Below, piece by piece: positions 36,741-49,512 of a stretch of 64,000 nt of DNA. The stretch is taken from NCBI GenBank assembly GCA_028534125.1, contig CM052818.1, positions 5,086,001 through 5,150,000 on the forward strand, given 5' to 3'. Source of the DNA: Lama glama. Lineage: Eukaryota. Under the pieces are notes generated by a model. It saw nothing but the letters and a program-made list of their open reading frames with translations. It was not told the DNA's origin and ran no database searches. Numbering within the stretch: position 1 is the stretch's first letter; each line of letters begins with the position of its first letter. The position numbers were made by a program, and so were the translations under genes.

Positions 36741-36871
36741 TTGTTGGATGTTGATACCAAGAGCAATTCTAGTGTGCTATATTGTTAGGGTTTCTCCATG
36801 TTGCTTAGGGTCTAGGGTGATGTCTTTCCTCCTCCCTCCCTTCCCCTCTTCCCTCTCCCTCTTCCTCCCTG

Positions 36872-37150
36872 TAACAAGAATTTCTTGAGTGTCTATGATG
36901 TGCCTAGCACATGGCTAGGAGTGGTAATACAGCTGTGACCAAGACGGACAAGGTCCCTGCAGCTTGCTTGCATCCGGGAACCCAGAGAAGGAACGATGGG
37001 TCCAGTAAAGTCTGTGATGACTTTGTGAGTCTCGGCGAGGATGGAGCCTGCTGCCTGGGAAAGCTGACAGTGATAGACAGTCTCAGGAACAGCCAAGGTG
37101 GGCCCCTGCCAGGTCATTTATGCAGGATTTTAGCGTCTAATTTGTGTTGT
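36872..37150 (-). mobile_element. L2 3' end
   Basis: aacaagaatttcttgagtgtctatgatgtgcctagcac...aatacagctgtgaccaagacggacaaggtccctgc. Confidence 0.75.
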
Positions 37151-37299
37151 CTAACAGGAGAAAGTTTATGCTTCTAAACTGGAGCCCGGAAGGCAAAGGG
37201 TAGAGCTTGCTCTGTCACCCAACTCTCCGGTCGGTCCCACGGCCTCTCTTCTAATCTCTATTAGAGCGGCAGATTGAGAGATCAGGTGTCCTTCTGACC

Positions 37300-37520
37300 G
37301 GGTCACACAGCAATCGGAGCCACATTTCCTGTTTATTAGGGGAGGGCACTGACCGCCCCTCCCCTCCCCCCAACCGCAGGGCTCTCTGTGGTCACAGACG
37401 ATGAGCCAGAGAGACGACCTGTATTTTCAACAACTGCAGAGTGTGAACAGTTCCTCATGAAAGGAGCCTTTGTCTCCTTTGTTGACATTCAGGAGAGGGT
37501 GAAGATAAGATGGTTCTAGA
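37300..37520. promoter_or_regulatory. Candidate endothelial/haematopoietic-type enhancer
   Basis: FOX:ETS composite (minus AATAAACAGGAAA, 37325-37337), C-rich/GC boxes, TGTGGTC 37387-37393, CCTTTGT twice (37467, 37476), AGATAA 37503-37508. Confidence 0.4.
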
Positions 37521-38359
37521 CACGGTCTGGAGAAATCTCCCAGAAAATTGATGTGAAACTTGTGATAATCTCATGCCAAATGAAACTGGCCCAGATTCTT
37601 TGATTCTGATGCCGTGCAGCCCCTCCAGGAGTCATGACAAGTCTGCTTATCCTCGTGAGAGGAGTTGGCGTTCTATGGTTTCGCTTGTCATACAAAGAAA
37701 GGGATCGTCATAAATAGCAAACGGATATTTGATCGGGAGCTTCGTGTCCCTCACTTCATAATTCAGCCAGACATGCCAGTGAAGCAACACCTTCTGCGGG
37801 GATGACATGAGTTAGCAGTGTACGCAGCTCAGCACAATATGGGGACGTAATGAGCGTGACTTGTAGGAATTGATAAGAGACGTAGGTTGTAGACAACTTC
37901 CTGCATCACTTGCGGCCATAAAAAAATACTTAAGTGATTTAATTTGCTGGAAATAAACAACATTAGGCTTTATTTTATTTGTCTGCTTTTTTTAATTGAA
38001 AGTACATATTTATTTCATTTTATACTAGTCAGGTTCTCATACTTCAAAGTATCATTGCTTTCTCGACTTGTTACGGGGCCAGAAATTGATCAGTTGAGTT
38101 TGATTATTAGAGACTGGGAATTTTCCTGTTTTTAATTTGTCTTTTGAGAGGGGAGATTCTTTGGAGAGGGGAAACTTCTAAACTTTCTTCAGCTGAACTC
38201 CTAATGTAATAGTTGGGAAGAACAAATCAAATAATTCCTGAAAATAGCCTTTGAATACAATTGTGGGGTTCTCACCTGATCTTTCACTGAAGTCCTAGAG
38301 CATCCGGGTAAGTAAATGTGGTTAAGTCCCTTTTAATACATGAGGATATTATAACTCAG

Positions 38360-38842
38360 AGATATACACTGAGAATACTACTCAGCCATAAAAAATAATG
38401 AAATAATGCCAACTGTTGCAACACAGATGGACCTGGAGATTGTCATTCTAAGTGAAATAAGTCAGACAGAGAAAGAAAAATACTATATGATAGCACTCAT
38501 ATGTGGAATCTAAAAGAGAAAAAAGACATGAATGAGTTTACTTACAAAACAGAAAGAGACTCATGGACATAGAAAACAAATTCATGGTTACCATGGGGTA
38601 AGGAGGGAGGGAGGGATAAACTGGGAGTTTGAGATTTGCAGATACTAACTACTATATATAAAATAGATAAACAAGAAGTTTCTACTGTACAGCACATGGA
38701 ACTATATTCAATATCTTATAGTAACCTCTAATGAAAAAGAATATGAAAAGGAATATATGTATGTATGTGTATGACTGAAGCATTATGCTGCACACCAGAA
38801 ATGGACACAACATTGTAAATCAACTATAATTCAAAAAAAAAA
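38360..38842 (+). mobile_element. L1 3' end with A-tail
   Basis: aatactactcagccataaaaaataatgaaataatgcc...gtcagacagagaaag...tgctgcacaccagaaatggacacaacattgtaaatcaactata followed by poly-A. Confidence 0.97.
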
Positions 38843-40477
38843 GAAATATATGTATGCATATATATGGGTGTGTGAGTATGCATGTGTATTTTTAACTTTC
38901 CATTATGCAAAATTCAGTAAAACCAGGTTTTATTCCTAGATCAAATGTTCCAGGAGAATTCTGAGTTAAAAGAAGTTAATCATAAAACCATAGATTCAGC
39001 CTTAACAATTGTCTTAAATAATGACCATGTAATAACAAGAAATATAAACAACCAGAAACCATGTGTTTTTTTTCCCCTCACCAAGCACATGTTAACCAGT
39101 AAGCTTTGAAACCGGACCTACCCAATGATGCTTTTACATTATCTTGTGTCCTAAAAAATGATCCCGAGATGCTAGATTTATAACGCTGCAGAATCCCACA
39201 CTGTTGCAATGCTCTCTTCAATTCAGCCACTTCATATTGAAATTTCACACACAATAATTGGCTGACCTTCACAGCTATGGCAGAAACTAATTAAAGCTGT
39301 GAGGCTGGGCTAGCAATGCCTTCGTGTGAAATGTGAAGTTTGGTGATAATGAAATGTGGGATGCAGATGTTATTATCTTAGACAGACCGTGCCCTTGGTT
39401 CACACTAATGAAGAACAGCAATTATTAAACAAAAAGTATTTTTTTGCCTATTAATTATTTTGTGTTGTGATCATAGAAATAGAAACACAGTGGCATCTCT
39501 CTCACCGGCTTCTCCCCAAAGTAGTTTGACGGAACTTTATACCAACTGACTTCTGTATCATTAAGCATCCAGTTTTCACCTTCTTCTTCTACTGATCTTA
39601 GACCTTTGTGAGTCACCAGCCCGGACGTGGCTGAGTTCAGAAAGCAAAGGGTAAAGGCCAAGCTAAAAATGGTCACCCAGAAAGATTTCCAGACAGCTGA
39701 AGGATTAAATAAATGAAGCTTTTTGGAAATAACGTTACACGTCAAACAGAGATGTCAGTAGAAATATGGTGCCCTCCCCACCGTAGGTATATGATAGTCA
39801 AAGGTCACTGCTGCTGCTGAGGTGACGGTAGGGAAATAAAGCAGGCCCAGCTCTGTTTCTTGGTGGTTAAGAGCTGAATTCCCATTAATAGGTTGGGGTG
39901 ATTTTGCTGGACCTCCACTCAGTCAAATATCACAAATCACAGATTGGCAACAACTGCAGAAAAACACTTGAATGAAGAAAAGGCACGTTGTATGGCTGCG
40001 TCTCACCTTTTCACGGGCAAATGATTGAGTCTGCTTCTTTTTATTCCTCTGCTCGTTGACTTCAGGGCCCTCAGCTCTCATTATCAAGGTAGAGACGGGA
40101 GGGACATGAGTTACGCACCAACTGGCCAACGTCCCTGCTTGCTTCCCTATTTGGGAAGGGAGTGGGAAATAATCTGCTGAAATGAAATGGAACAATTACT
40201 CGTGTAATGTCCTCTCATCATCCGTGTCCCACAGAATCCACATCCCATGCCATTATCTAGGGGTGTCGGCCACTCAGACTTAGCCATGTTGAGGGTAGGA
40301 AGTGGCAGAAGCAGCAGGAGCGGGGATGGGCACCCCTGGATCACGTCACCTCAGACTGGGCAGAGGAACCAAGGTGAGCTCTTGGAAGAAAGAGGATTCG
40401 TGGCCAGGAAAATACTACGCAGAGGAAGATGTCCTGTAGAGGTCAGACAAGATATCTTTGTAACACATTAGGCCTCC

Positions 40478-41048
40478 TTTTTTTTGTTTTTCAATGCTTT
40501 TTAAAATTGCCCTATAGTTGATTTATAATGTTGTGTTAGTTTCTGGTGTATAACATAGTGATTCAGTTTTTTTAATGTAAATATTCTTTTATATATATAT
40601 ATATATATATATGTTCTTTTTTATATTTTTTTCATTAGAGCTATTGAATACAGGTCCCTATGCTAGGCAGTAGGACCTTGTAATTAATCTGTTTTGTACA
40701 TAGTAGTTTGTATCTGCTAATCCCAAACTCCTAATTTATTCCTCCTCTCCCCTTTCCCCTTTGGTAACCATAAGTTTGTTTTCTTTGTCTGTGAGTCTGT
40801 TTCTGTTTTGTAAATATGTTCATTTGAATTGTTTTTTAGATTTCACGTAAAGTGATATCATATGATATTTATCTTTGTCTGACTTATTTCACTTAATATA
40901 TGGTAATCTCTACATCCATTCACAGGTTGCTGCAAATGGCATTATTTCATTCCTTTTAATGGCTGAGTAGTATTCCTAAATCTATATATGTGAATATATA
41001 GGGTATATTATATATAATGTAATATATAAAATATGTTATACATATTGG

Positions 41049-41082
<34 letters not shown>

Positions 41083-41150
41083 CCCTACAATTTCTTTATC
41101 CAGTCATCTATTGATAGACATTTAAGTTGCTTCCATGTCATGGCTATTGC
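40478..41150 (-). mobile_element. L1 3' fragment with internal (AT)n and (AC)n
   Basis: Same 3' UTR family as the other copies. Probable TSD aggcctcctttt (40470) / agggctccatttt (41151). Confidence 0.95.
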
Positions 41151-41334
41151 AGGGCTCCATTTTTTTTTTTTGATGGTTGTGCACTAGTCAATATCTTTGA
41201 TCTTTATAGAACAGACTATTCAATGGGACTATGACTAAATTTGAGGAGTAATTCATAAACGTAGTGATAAGATGACGTGTCGCTTCATTTTGGGGAAGGG
41301 GTGAAAATTTCACTTATATAAAGAATATCTATAT

Positions 41335-41431
41335 ATTGTTAGGTGGAAACACAGGCTTGTTTTGTTGCTGTAAAGAAGCTCAGTTGTGTGCAGAAGGGCA
41401 CATGTAGCCGCTGAGGAGCCAAAGGGGAGAT
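41335..41431 (+). mobile_element. Probable ERVL internal 3' end with polypurine tract
   Basis: gagccaaaggggagat lies immediately before the LTR-initial TG. Confidence 0.55.
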
Positions 41432-42010
41432 TGTGCCAGTTCTTAGACTGTTGCTGCTCAGCTTCAGATCTGCCCTTCATTGTCCTGATTTTGGAAATGG
41501 AACATCTCTCCTTTGCCAGCTTGCACAGTGTTAAAATAGCAGAGGGCACTGCAGGGACACTTGAAAAGGCTTTTCTTCCTGGTTCTGGTGTGTTCTTTGC
41601 TTGCTCCTGCATTGTAAGGTGGCCAGGAGCTCATAGGGCACCAAAACAAAGGTGCTGAGAACCAGTAAGTTTCATTAGCATTACCCACTGTGTAGCTTCT
41701 CCCAGAACCCAAAAGGACAGCTTTGCATAGAGTTCTACCAGTGCCACAAACTTCTCCATCACATAGTGGGCAGCTATCACGCACCCTCCAAGGGGTCTGA
41801 CTCTCAGCCTTAAAGGAGGGAGGAGGGGCTTCATCAGGTCCCTGCTCAGCCTTAGAGGCAGTGGCTGCTCCCTGTATCTGCTATTTCTGTAAGTCTTACT
41901 TTACTCCTAGTAGGTAATCTCCTCTTGTGGTTAAAATTTTTTTTCATTAAGCTTTCCTTGTTCAAATTATTGCATGGTTTCTGTCTTCTGATCTGGAACC
42001 CAATGGAGTC
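41432..42010 (+). mobile_element. ERVL LTR (MER73/MER74 group)
   Basis: tgtgccagttc...catctctcctttgccagct...ctcagccttagaggcagtggctgctccctgtatctgcta...ttgttcaaattattgcatggtttctgtcttctga. Confidence 0.75.
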
Positions 42011-43444
42011 AATGGTCCTCCCATCTTCAACTCAACAACTTAGACAAGAAGTAAATGAATTCCTTTATTATCATGACTGATTGAGTTAAATATGAAAAGT
42101 GTGTTTGGCAAGGAGGTACTGGTAATAGTAGAAATAGTAGAATATAGGAAAATTGAAGCAATTATCAGCTATCAGCAGAAACAGTCATTAGTTACAAAAG
42201 ATTACAATCCCATGTAATTTTCAGTATAAAGAACAAAGCAAGAATGTACCCAAACCTTAACTTTACCTGGTATCAAATTAAGCGGCAATTAGAAAGGCCG
42301 AAAATGCAAAAAGGTGATAATGCAGGCACATTGTCCCACGTCAAAATTATAGAGCATCCACGTGGAGATTACAAAAGTCCTCTAAACCCTTTGGGCCCAA
42401 ACATAAAACAACTACTTTGGAGTGGTCCTGGCTGACCGTGGAGAAGGAAACATTAGACTGTCTTAACCTCAGGGACTTGCTTTGTCGCTATCACTTTAAT
42501 CCAGAATACGTCTCCAATTCTGGATAATTCAGAATTCTGGATAATTTCAGGCAGACTCCATAGCGTTGCTAAACTGTATAGACACAAGATCCCATCCACT
42601 GTCTCCTCTTTACAGCCTAATCATCACTTTCCTCAGCCAATGTACCATTACACACAATCTGATCAATAATGGAGTGGATGCTGTTAAATAGAGCAGTAAA
42701 GAGACCTAGCTGGGCACATTAATGAGAGAGAAAGCAGAGCAATGGAAGCCTGCCCTTCCCCAGAGAGAGAAATGGCCCCCTAGGATATCAAACCATGTTT
42801 CTCCCCAGGCTGCTCTGCACATGAACCTATCGATACCGGGAGTGGAGCTTTGTGATGGTAGAGGCTGCCCATGGGAATGGCATCTGGGGACAGCAATCTG
42901 GGCAAAAAAAGGAGAGGGTAATAACTTGTTCAGTGAAAAATAAATGGATTCCATTGCTCCTGACCATGTGTCTTGTCTGATACCTCTGTGCTGGGAGTGC
43001 CCCTCTGGCTTAGAAAAAAATAATGTCAAACTTTGTTTTGAGCCAGAGCCCTGGGGACAGCTAAAACTGGGTTGCTGCAAAGAATTGCTTTTTAACCAGA
43101 GGCTGAGCAAAGTGCTGCTAATAAAACATCAGATGGTCTTTATGGTGGTTTCTTTCAGACTAGGCTGGCTTCTGAGTGATGGGTCTTTGACATCTGTCTG
43201 TTTTTAGCAAATTTTAACTGTGAGGTCCTGTTTGTGTTGGAATCTGATTTGCCCCCACGGAGCACATGTTACTTTAAGTTGGGAATAAAGAATGACTGTG
43301 ACTGTGAAGTTGGTCCTTACGAGTGTCACTAGGTCACCCAAGGAGGCCAGCATGCACTCCTATATACTAGTGCTAGGAGCTTGAGTAAATTGCTACCCTA
43401 CCCGACTAGTGTCATAAAGGGCATTGCTGGGTGTCTCCCTAAAT

Positions 43445-43600
43445 CAGTAGTTCCTAACCAGGGTTTCTTTGGGGATGTGCATTGCCTCTGGCAATTTGGG
43501 CTGAGTAGGTCCTGGGTAGGGAGTCGGCATCTATATTTTGAATCAGTGTCCCAATAGGTTTTGATGCAGCAGCTCCACAGACTCTTATTTAGTAACCACT
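43445..43600. mobile_element. MER5-like hAT-Charlie element
   Basis: cagtagttcctaacc...agtaggtcctgggtaggg...catctatattttgaa...ttttgatgcagcag...agtaaccact. Confidence 0.7.
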
Positions 43601-44747
43601 ACACTTAATGATACAGATTTTTCAAAGACCAAGGTGACCTGACGGGATAAAAAGTTGAAAGTAGACAAATTGGTGCTCTTCGGAACTTCCTACAAATTAA
43701 AAGGAGGCCTGGCCATTTGGGGAGGTCTGTAATTAAGCTAGAAAAATAAAGATGGATGAGTTTAGACTGGATGTGGTAAGGGCAGCAGAGTTTTTGTGTA
43801 TCGTCTGGCACAGTATGAGTTTGGTATTCCTGGCATCACCTTACAAATCTTCAGGGGATACACTCTCATTGTGTCCTCTGTCAGTGACATTCTTTTAAGC
43901 ACATTTGGATGCTGTGTTCAACAAACAGTAAATCAGAAGCATCATCGATATGGTTCAATTCACTTACTTCATCATCATGGCTTCCAGGTTATGGAGAGGT
44001 GAGCACTGTTGACCAAAAAGGATCTGTCACTACAAAGGAATAAGTGGCAAAGGTGCCAAGGTTGATGAGGAATTGAGAGAACGTTCTGTCTTTATCACTC
44101 TGTAGTTTGAAGCATGAGAGCCAATTTGCTATCTTTGGTTCCAAATCAAGAAGAATCTGCTTATGGAGTGTTCTTGGAGAATATCCTTTATTTACCCATA
44201 GTGGGGACTCATTTATGCTAATTTATTCAAACTCTTTTGTTAAGAACCCATGAAAAAAAATAGTGCAAAGTTGAGAGACAGATGATGGATGTCAGCCCAT
44301 TGCCAGGTAACAGGACAAAGAGTACTGGTCCACACTAATCACACACATGATGTTGATACCTTAGCACTGCTCCCACACAACCAATGTATAATAGAGTCAT
44401 GTTCATACATGCAAAGTATTTGTTGGCCCATTCTAAGGATAATGCATGTTCCATGCAGACTCACATGAAAATATGAATTATACCCACAATATACATCAAG
44501 GATCTGAGCAACATTTTTGTAGTTATATATCCCACATCGTTAGTCAATCATCAGCAGTTAAACATCTCATACCAAGCTGATTTGGTTTCTTTAGTCATGT
44601 TCATTGAAACATGGGTCAAAGGTTACCTCCTTAGTTATTCAGTTGAACCACAGTGTATTATTGCTGGTTAACATGTGTGTGTTTGGATACATCTCAGGCC
44701 AAATATAGTTTCCAAGCAAAAACAAGCCAAACAAGTCAAAATCTGAT

Positions 44748-44965
44748 ATATTGTATCTCCTTGATTCAAAGTGATCATTTGAAAGATAAGTCTGTTTTGC
44801 TTTGTTTCGTTTTTGTCATCCTCAAATATTTGTTAAGGAAAAAAAAACTTCAAACATTAAAAGTACACATTGTTTATAAAAAGACACATCCTGCTTTCAG
44901 AAATGTTAAAATGTTGAAAGACAAACAAACTCCCCAAAATTAGAGCTCTTAGAAGAAAACGCAAG
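44748..44965 (-). mobile_element. MER104-like TcMar-Tc2 element
   Basis: tgtatctccttgattcaaag ... aagacacatcctgctttcagaaatgttaaaatgt ... tcttagaa. Confidence 0.65.
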
Positions 44966-45629
44966 CTATTAGTTGGGGGAGAGGGGGTTCTTGCTATGCT
45001 TTGACAATGTATCATAAAGAGAACTAGGATGTCTTGGGGTAGAAGATGTTCATGAAATTCAAGAGATTCTAATAATTCAGCATCAATAGATATTCAATTT
45101 TTAAAAGAAGAATATACAGGTAATTGTTTAGAATACAGACATCAAAAGGAGGTCTTACCTTGACCTCACACATCTTCACTGAAGACTAAACATTTTGGGG
45201 GCAAATTTGCAGGACATGTGGATGTGCCTAGAAGAGTCTGTGCATGAGGGATAGAAGCATCTCTTAGGAAAAACTGAATGGTAAGGCACGGGAGTTTGAC
45301 CCAATGGCACCAGGCTTGGGAGAGGAAGGATGGCCACCAGACCATCCCACATGGATTTATACTTATGTTCTAGGCAGAGGGGACTGTGAGCAAATAAAAA
45401 CAAAACTAAATTCAGAAGGATTTGCTTTTTGGCAAATCCATGGAGATACAGCTTATGTAAGAGCACATAACACAAAAGAGCTAGAAGCTCTGACAAGGTT
45501 AAAACACGTTCAAGAGCAAATACCAGGGCTTAAGCAAGAGTAGACTAACCTGCAGCTCAAATAAAGAAAAACCTGGGAGGCTCTCATGCATCACTGGTGT
45601 CATGGGCAGCAAAGACAGGGACATAGTTG

Positions 45630-46118
45630 TGATACCGACCTCAGTTCTTAGATTCTTTAATCAATATAAATTGATAAGAGACCAGATGAGAAATTCAAGG
45701 AAGGCTATATCGGAACTCGTGCTGTAGTGCAAGGGAACAAAAACAAGTATCAGGTTCCCTTGCCCGCTCCTGGATGGGAGGGGAGCTGGTCCCTTAAATG
45801 GGGTGAGGATGGGGGCAGATCGGTGGGTGGGGCAGAAGGGGTGGTTTGGGTGGTGTGCCCACCCTTGGTGGCGCCATGTGCCCAGATTATGTGCAGTAGT
45901 ACCCTGCTTTTGCTCCCGGCACCTCAAAAGTGACAGTTGTTTTGGCCTTTTTGTATCTTATTGTTCATAACTGCCACAACTGTGCATGTGTGCAGTGATT
46001 TTTAGTCCCTTATAGTTTCTTTGTGTTTTGTTGCTTTAGGAGATATTTGTCCAGGTGCAGGCATTCTGTAAAGGGTCCTAGGTCCCAAGTCCCAGGTCCC
46101 AGGTCCCAGCCCGTCTCA
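45630..46118 (-). mobile_element. ERV1 solo LTR, MER41-like (MER41_BT-related laurasiatherian family)
   Basis: Minus strand runs TGagacgggctgggacctgggacc...gaaactataagggactaaaaat...gggagcaaaagcagggtact...ggtcggtatCA. 4-bp TSD gttg/cttg with one mismatch. Confidence 0.88.
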
Positions 46119-49100
46119 CTTGGAGGGCATCCATGGCATTATACTGGCATGACAAACCTTCAGTGGGCACTGCTGGTGGAGGCTTAACAGCAATCGCATC
46201 CTCCATGAAAGCAGCTGAAGGAGACATATTCAGAGTGATCTGAAACAGCAAAGGAGAAAAATGTTGCAAGCCACATTATATCCAAGAGTTGATGGAAGAC
46301 ACCCTTAGGAGCTTGCCCAAAGCTGCGTGTGTGGCAGAGAAAGAGTGGATGAGAAATGTGACTTTAACATACACCTGATTTCTTTCACTGCTAGGTGGGA
46401 ACAGAATCCACAAAAAAACATTTTGTTGCAGTTTTCAACTTAAACAATTTGATCTAGTAAGGGAAACCCAGGTTATACTTGTAAGAGTATATGAAAGACA
46501 TATTGCATGTTCTAAATGAACTTCCATTTTAATAGCTCACATTAAATAATTCCATGTAATCAGTGCTCTATATTTTAAAATAATCATACAGAATACAATA
46601 AATTATTAAGCTATTAAGCATAGATGATTTAATCTTGAGTATTATAGAAATATATTATTTTCCTATTGTCTGTTCCTATTATTAATCAAGCAAATTAAGT
46701 TAGTGAAGTGGTTCCAATAGAATGTGGTGATTTATTACATACACCAGTGTTAAAAATTACAAAGTTCAACTCTCTGTGGTAACTGTACTCCCAAATTTAA
46801 ACATCTAGATGTTTAGAAGCCTAAAAGACTAACTATCCAAATAAAGAGTTCACTGCTTAGTAGGAGTTTTTAAATAGCTCTCTTTGTGATGATTCAAAAT
46901 ATATTGCAATAAAATGATTCTAAAATTTAAAAATTATGTTTATTCCCACACGGGTTCATGCACTGTGCATTGCTTTCCTGTCAATGAGGTGCAGTACTAA
47001 CAATTCACCTCTTGATAGATGTCTTGTGTCTCAGGCTGGGTTCTCCTCTCCCTTTCCCTGTGGCATTTATGGTAATAGAATAACCAGCTGACAAGAAAAA
47101 TCAAAAAAATATAAACAAGTACATGTGTTTATTTTATAGACGCCATTTTTTATTTAGATTCTCAAATGACATTTAAAGGAAGACACACGGTAAGACCGCA
47201 ATAGGGATAGCTTACAAGTTTTCAGCAGTTGCATGAGATCTGCATCAACTCCTCCTGCCCTTCTAGTCTTGAAAACTCCAACCCTACTTGTGTGTTACAC
47301 GGAGCATCAGGTCAAAGCGTATTGCCACGATGGACAAGAAAAGGAAAAAAGAAACTCATGTTCACTCATTCTTAATGGTTTTAATTTTTTTAGGACTAAT
47401 TTGTGTTAGCCTGTGCATCATCCTGTGAAATTCTTAGACCTACGAATGAGTCAGTGAAGATGGAAATGATATGTGTGTTAATGTCACTCTCAGGAGCTCC
47501 CCACTGGCTAACACAGAGACACAGCAAGTGTTTGTTTTATGTGTGACTGTGCTTAAGTAAACACAATGCCACAAAACCTCTAATTTTATATGAACCCCAA
47601 AGGTGCAAGAAGCTGTGTTTATTAAACCTATTGTGAAGTAACAAGGTTGTGTAAAAATTGCTATTCAAAAATGGAAATGCTTTTACAACAGAAGGAAATA
47701 CAGGGGAGATATTTTTCTGAAAATTATTTGGAAGGACTTTTCTTCACAGTCCTTGACTTGGAGTACCAGAGGATCCAAAAAGTCCATTTTCATTATAACT
47801 CTCAGATTCTGTCATCCTTTCAAAAAATTATTATTATTAGAATGCCAGTCCACTGACCTTCAACTTCCGCTGAGTCTAATCTGTGCATTTTGGTCATGCC
47901 TAGGAGGCAACTGAAGTAAAAGCTTGAGGGTTTAAGAAGTGAAGCTTGAAAAAGTTTCTTCCTCCCTGTAAATTAGAAAATAGAAGTTATGTCTTTCCAA
48001 GTATTCCAGTTTATTAAATAGCTAAACACACGCTTCATTTCTAACGAGGGCCCTCACTCAGCCTAGAATGGTTCTGTCTGCAAGGGACGTTTCCACTCAG
48101 AGGTCAGCGGGGACTTCCATTGAATCAGAGGGTCTGGTTAGATTGAGTAACTCTACTGAGAAATAGGCACAGTGCGATCCAGGCTTAGAAATGTCCTCAT
48201 TAAACAGGACTTCAGAAGCTTGCAAATGTTGCCAAATTGAATTTAATGTTGACTACTTTAGGAATGTTGCCAAAGCTGAGGGCTGGCCAAGTTACGGCGA
48301 AAAGGCCCAGAAAGAAAATGGAAGATGTTGAGGCCACTGGTTTGCAGAAGTTATTTTTCAAAACATTACCATCCATCTTTGTGTGAGCTTTGTGTGTCCA
48401 CTGAACAGATGCGTGAACGCCAGCGCCCATGCCTTCACCTACACAGAGAAGGCGTTTCAGTGACACCACCATGTTTGTGTAAGGAACGGCCGGGAACCTT
48501 GCATGGGCCCTGTTCTTGGGGTCCCAAATCTGCCAATTACCTCCCTTGGCTTCGCAGGTTCAAACACTCCACAGCTGAAATTCGCAGGCCCTTTCTCTTC
48601 AAGCACATTGACAGTCGGAAAGTCAAGTAACGGCATCTTCGGAAAGCTCTATTGTGAGGCTGAATTTGGGTAACTGACACCCATAACATAACAGCATTAA
48701 ATCACCCATATTTTTAGAGTGGATAAGCTAGTCTGCTTGTAAATATGTTCAAGGATAGCAGAGAGGTGGCAGAAGAATTATGCTACAACTTTACCAACTA
48801 ATAAATCTTTATTTAAGCAGGGGACCTCTAAAATTTAATTAGGCATATGAAAGCAGAGATCACTCTGAGGGTAGAAATCTGCTGATTCTCACAAGGAAAG
48901 ACACCTGCTTCATGGAAAAACTGTCAGTTAAAATTTACTCTTCTGTTACTTTGTCAATAGAAGGGCTTTCTGGTAGAAGAGCAAATACCTAACTTAAAAA
49001 AAAAAAAAAGGGCAGAGGCAGACAGGACACATTCTTGGCACAGCCTAGAGGGGCGAAGGAAAGGTTGTGTTCATTGTGAACTGTGTGTGTGTGGTTTAGC

Positions 49101-49367
49101 TAATTCACGTAGATGTCCCTCCTTTCTTTTCCTGTCTTCCTTCTTCCTGGGTCATGGAGGGGTAGTCAAGGATCAATGGCAGATTTGGTAGGACCCAACA
49201 GGTAAGACTGGCGGTCATGTTGTCATTTGAGACCATCCAATGTAGTGCTGCCTCAGCGCTCCCCACCCAGAAACCCGTCCTTCTAAGCTCACATCGCAAA
49301 GGACGGCTACACTCAGGTAATCCCCCTCCTTCCCAAATTGAAAACTTATGTATCTAAATTACAATCA

Positions 49368-49512
49368 CAGTAAGTGAGATAAGTCAGACAGAGAAGGACA
49401 AATAGATGATGTCACGTATACGTGGAATCTAAAAAAATGACACCAATGAACTTATTTAAAAACAGAAAAAGACTTACAGACACAGAAAAACTTATGGTTA
49501 AGGGTGGGGCAA
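49368..49512 (+). mobile_element. L1 3' fragment running into the assembly gap
   Basis: taagtgagataagtcagacagagaaggacaaata...gtggaatctaaaaaaatgacaccaatgaacttattt...aaacttatggtta. Confidence 0.93.

Noticed and set aside
39082..39274. 193-nt AG/GT-bounded open minus-strand segment (VKVSQLLCVKFQYEVAELKRALQQ...)
   Set aside because: Mediocre splice sites and unrecognised peptide. Cannot be supported without transcript data.
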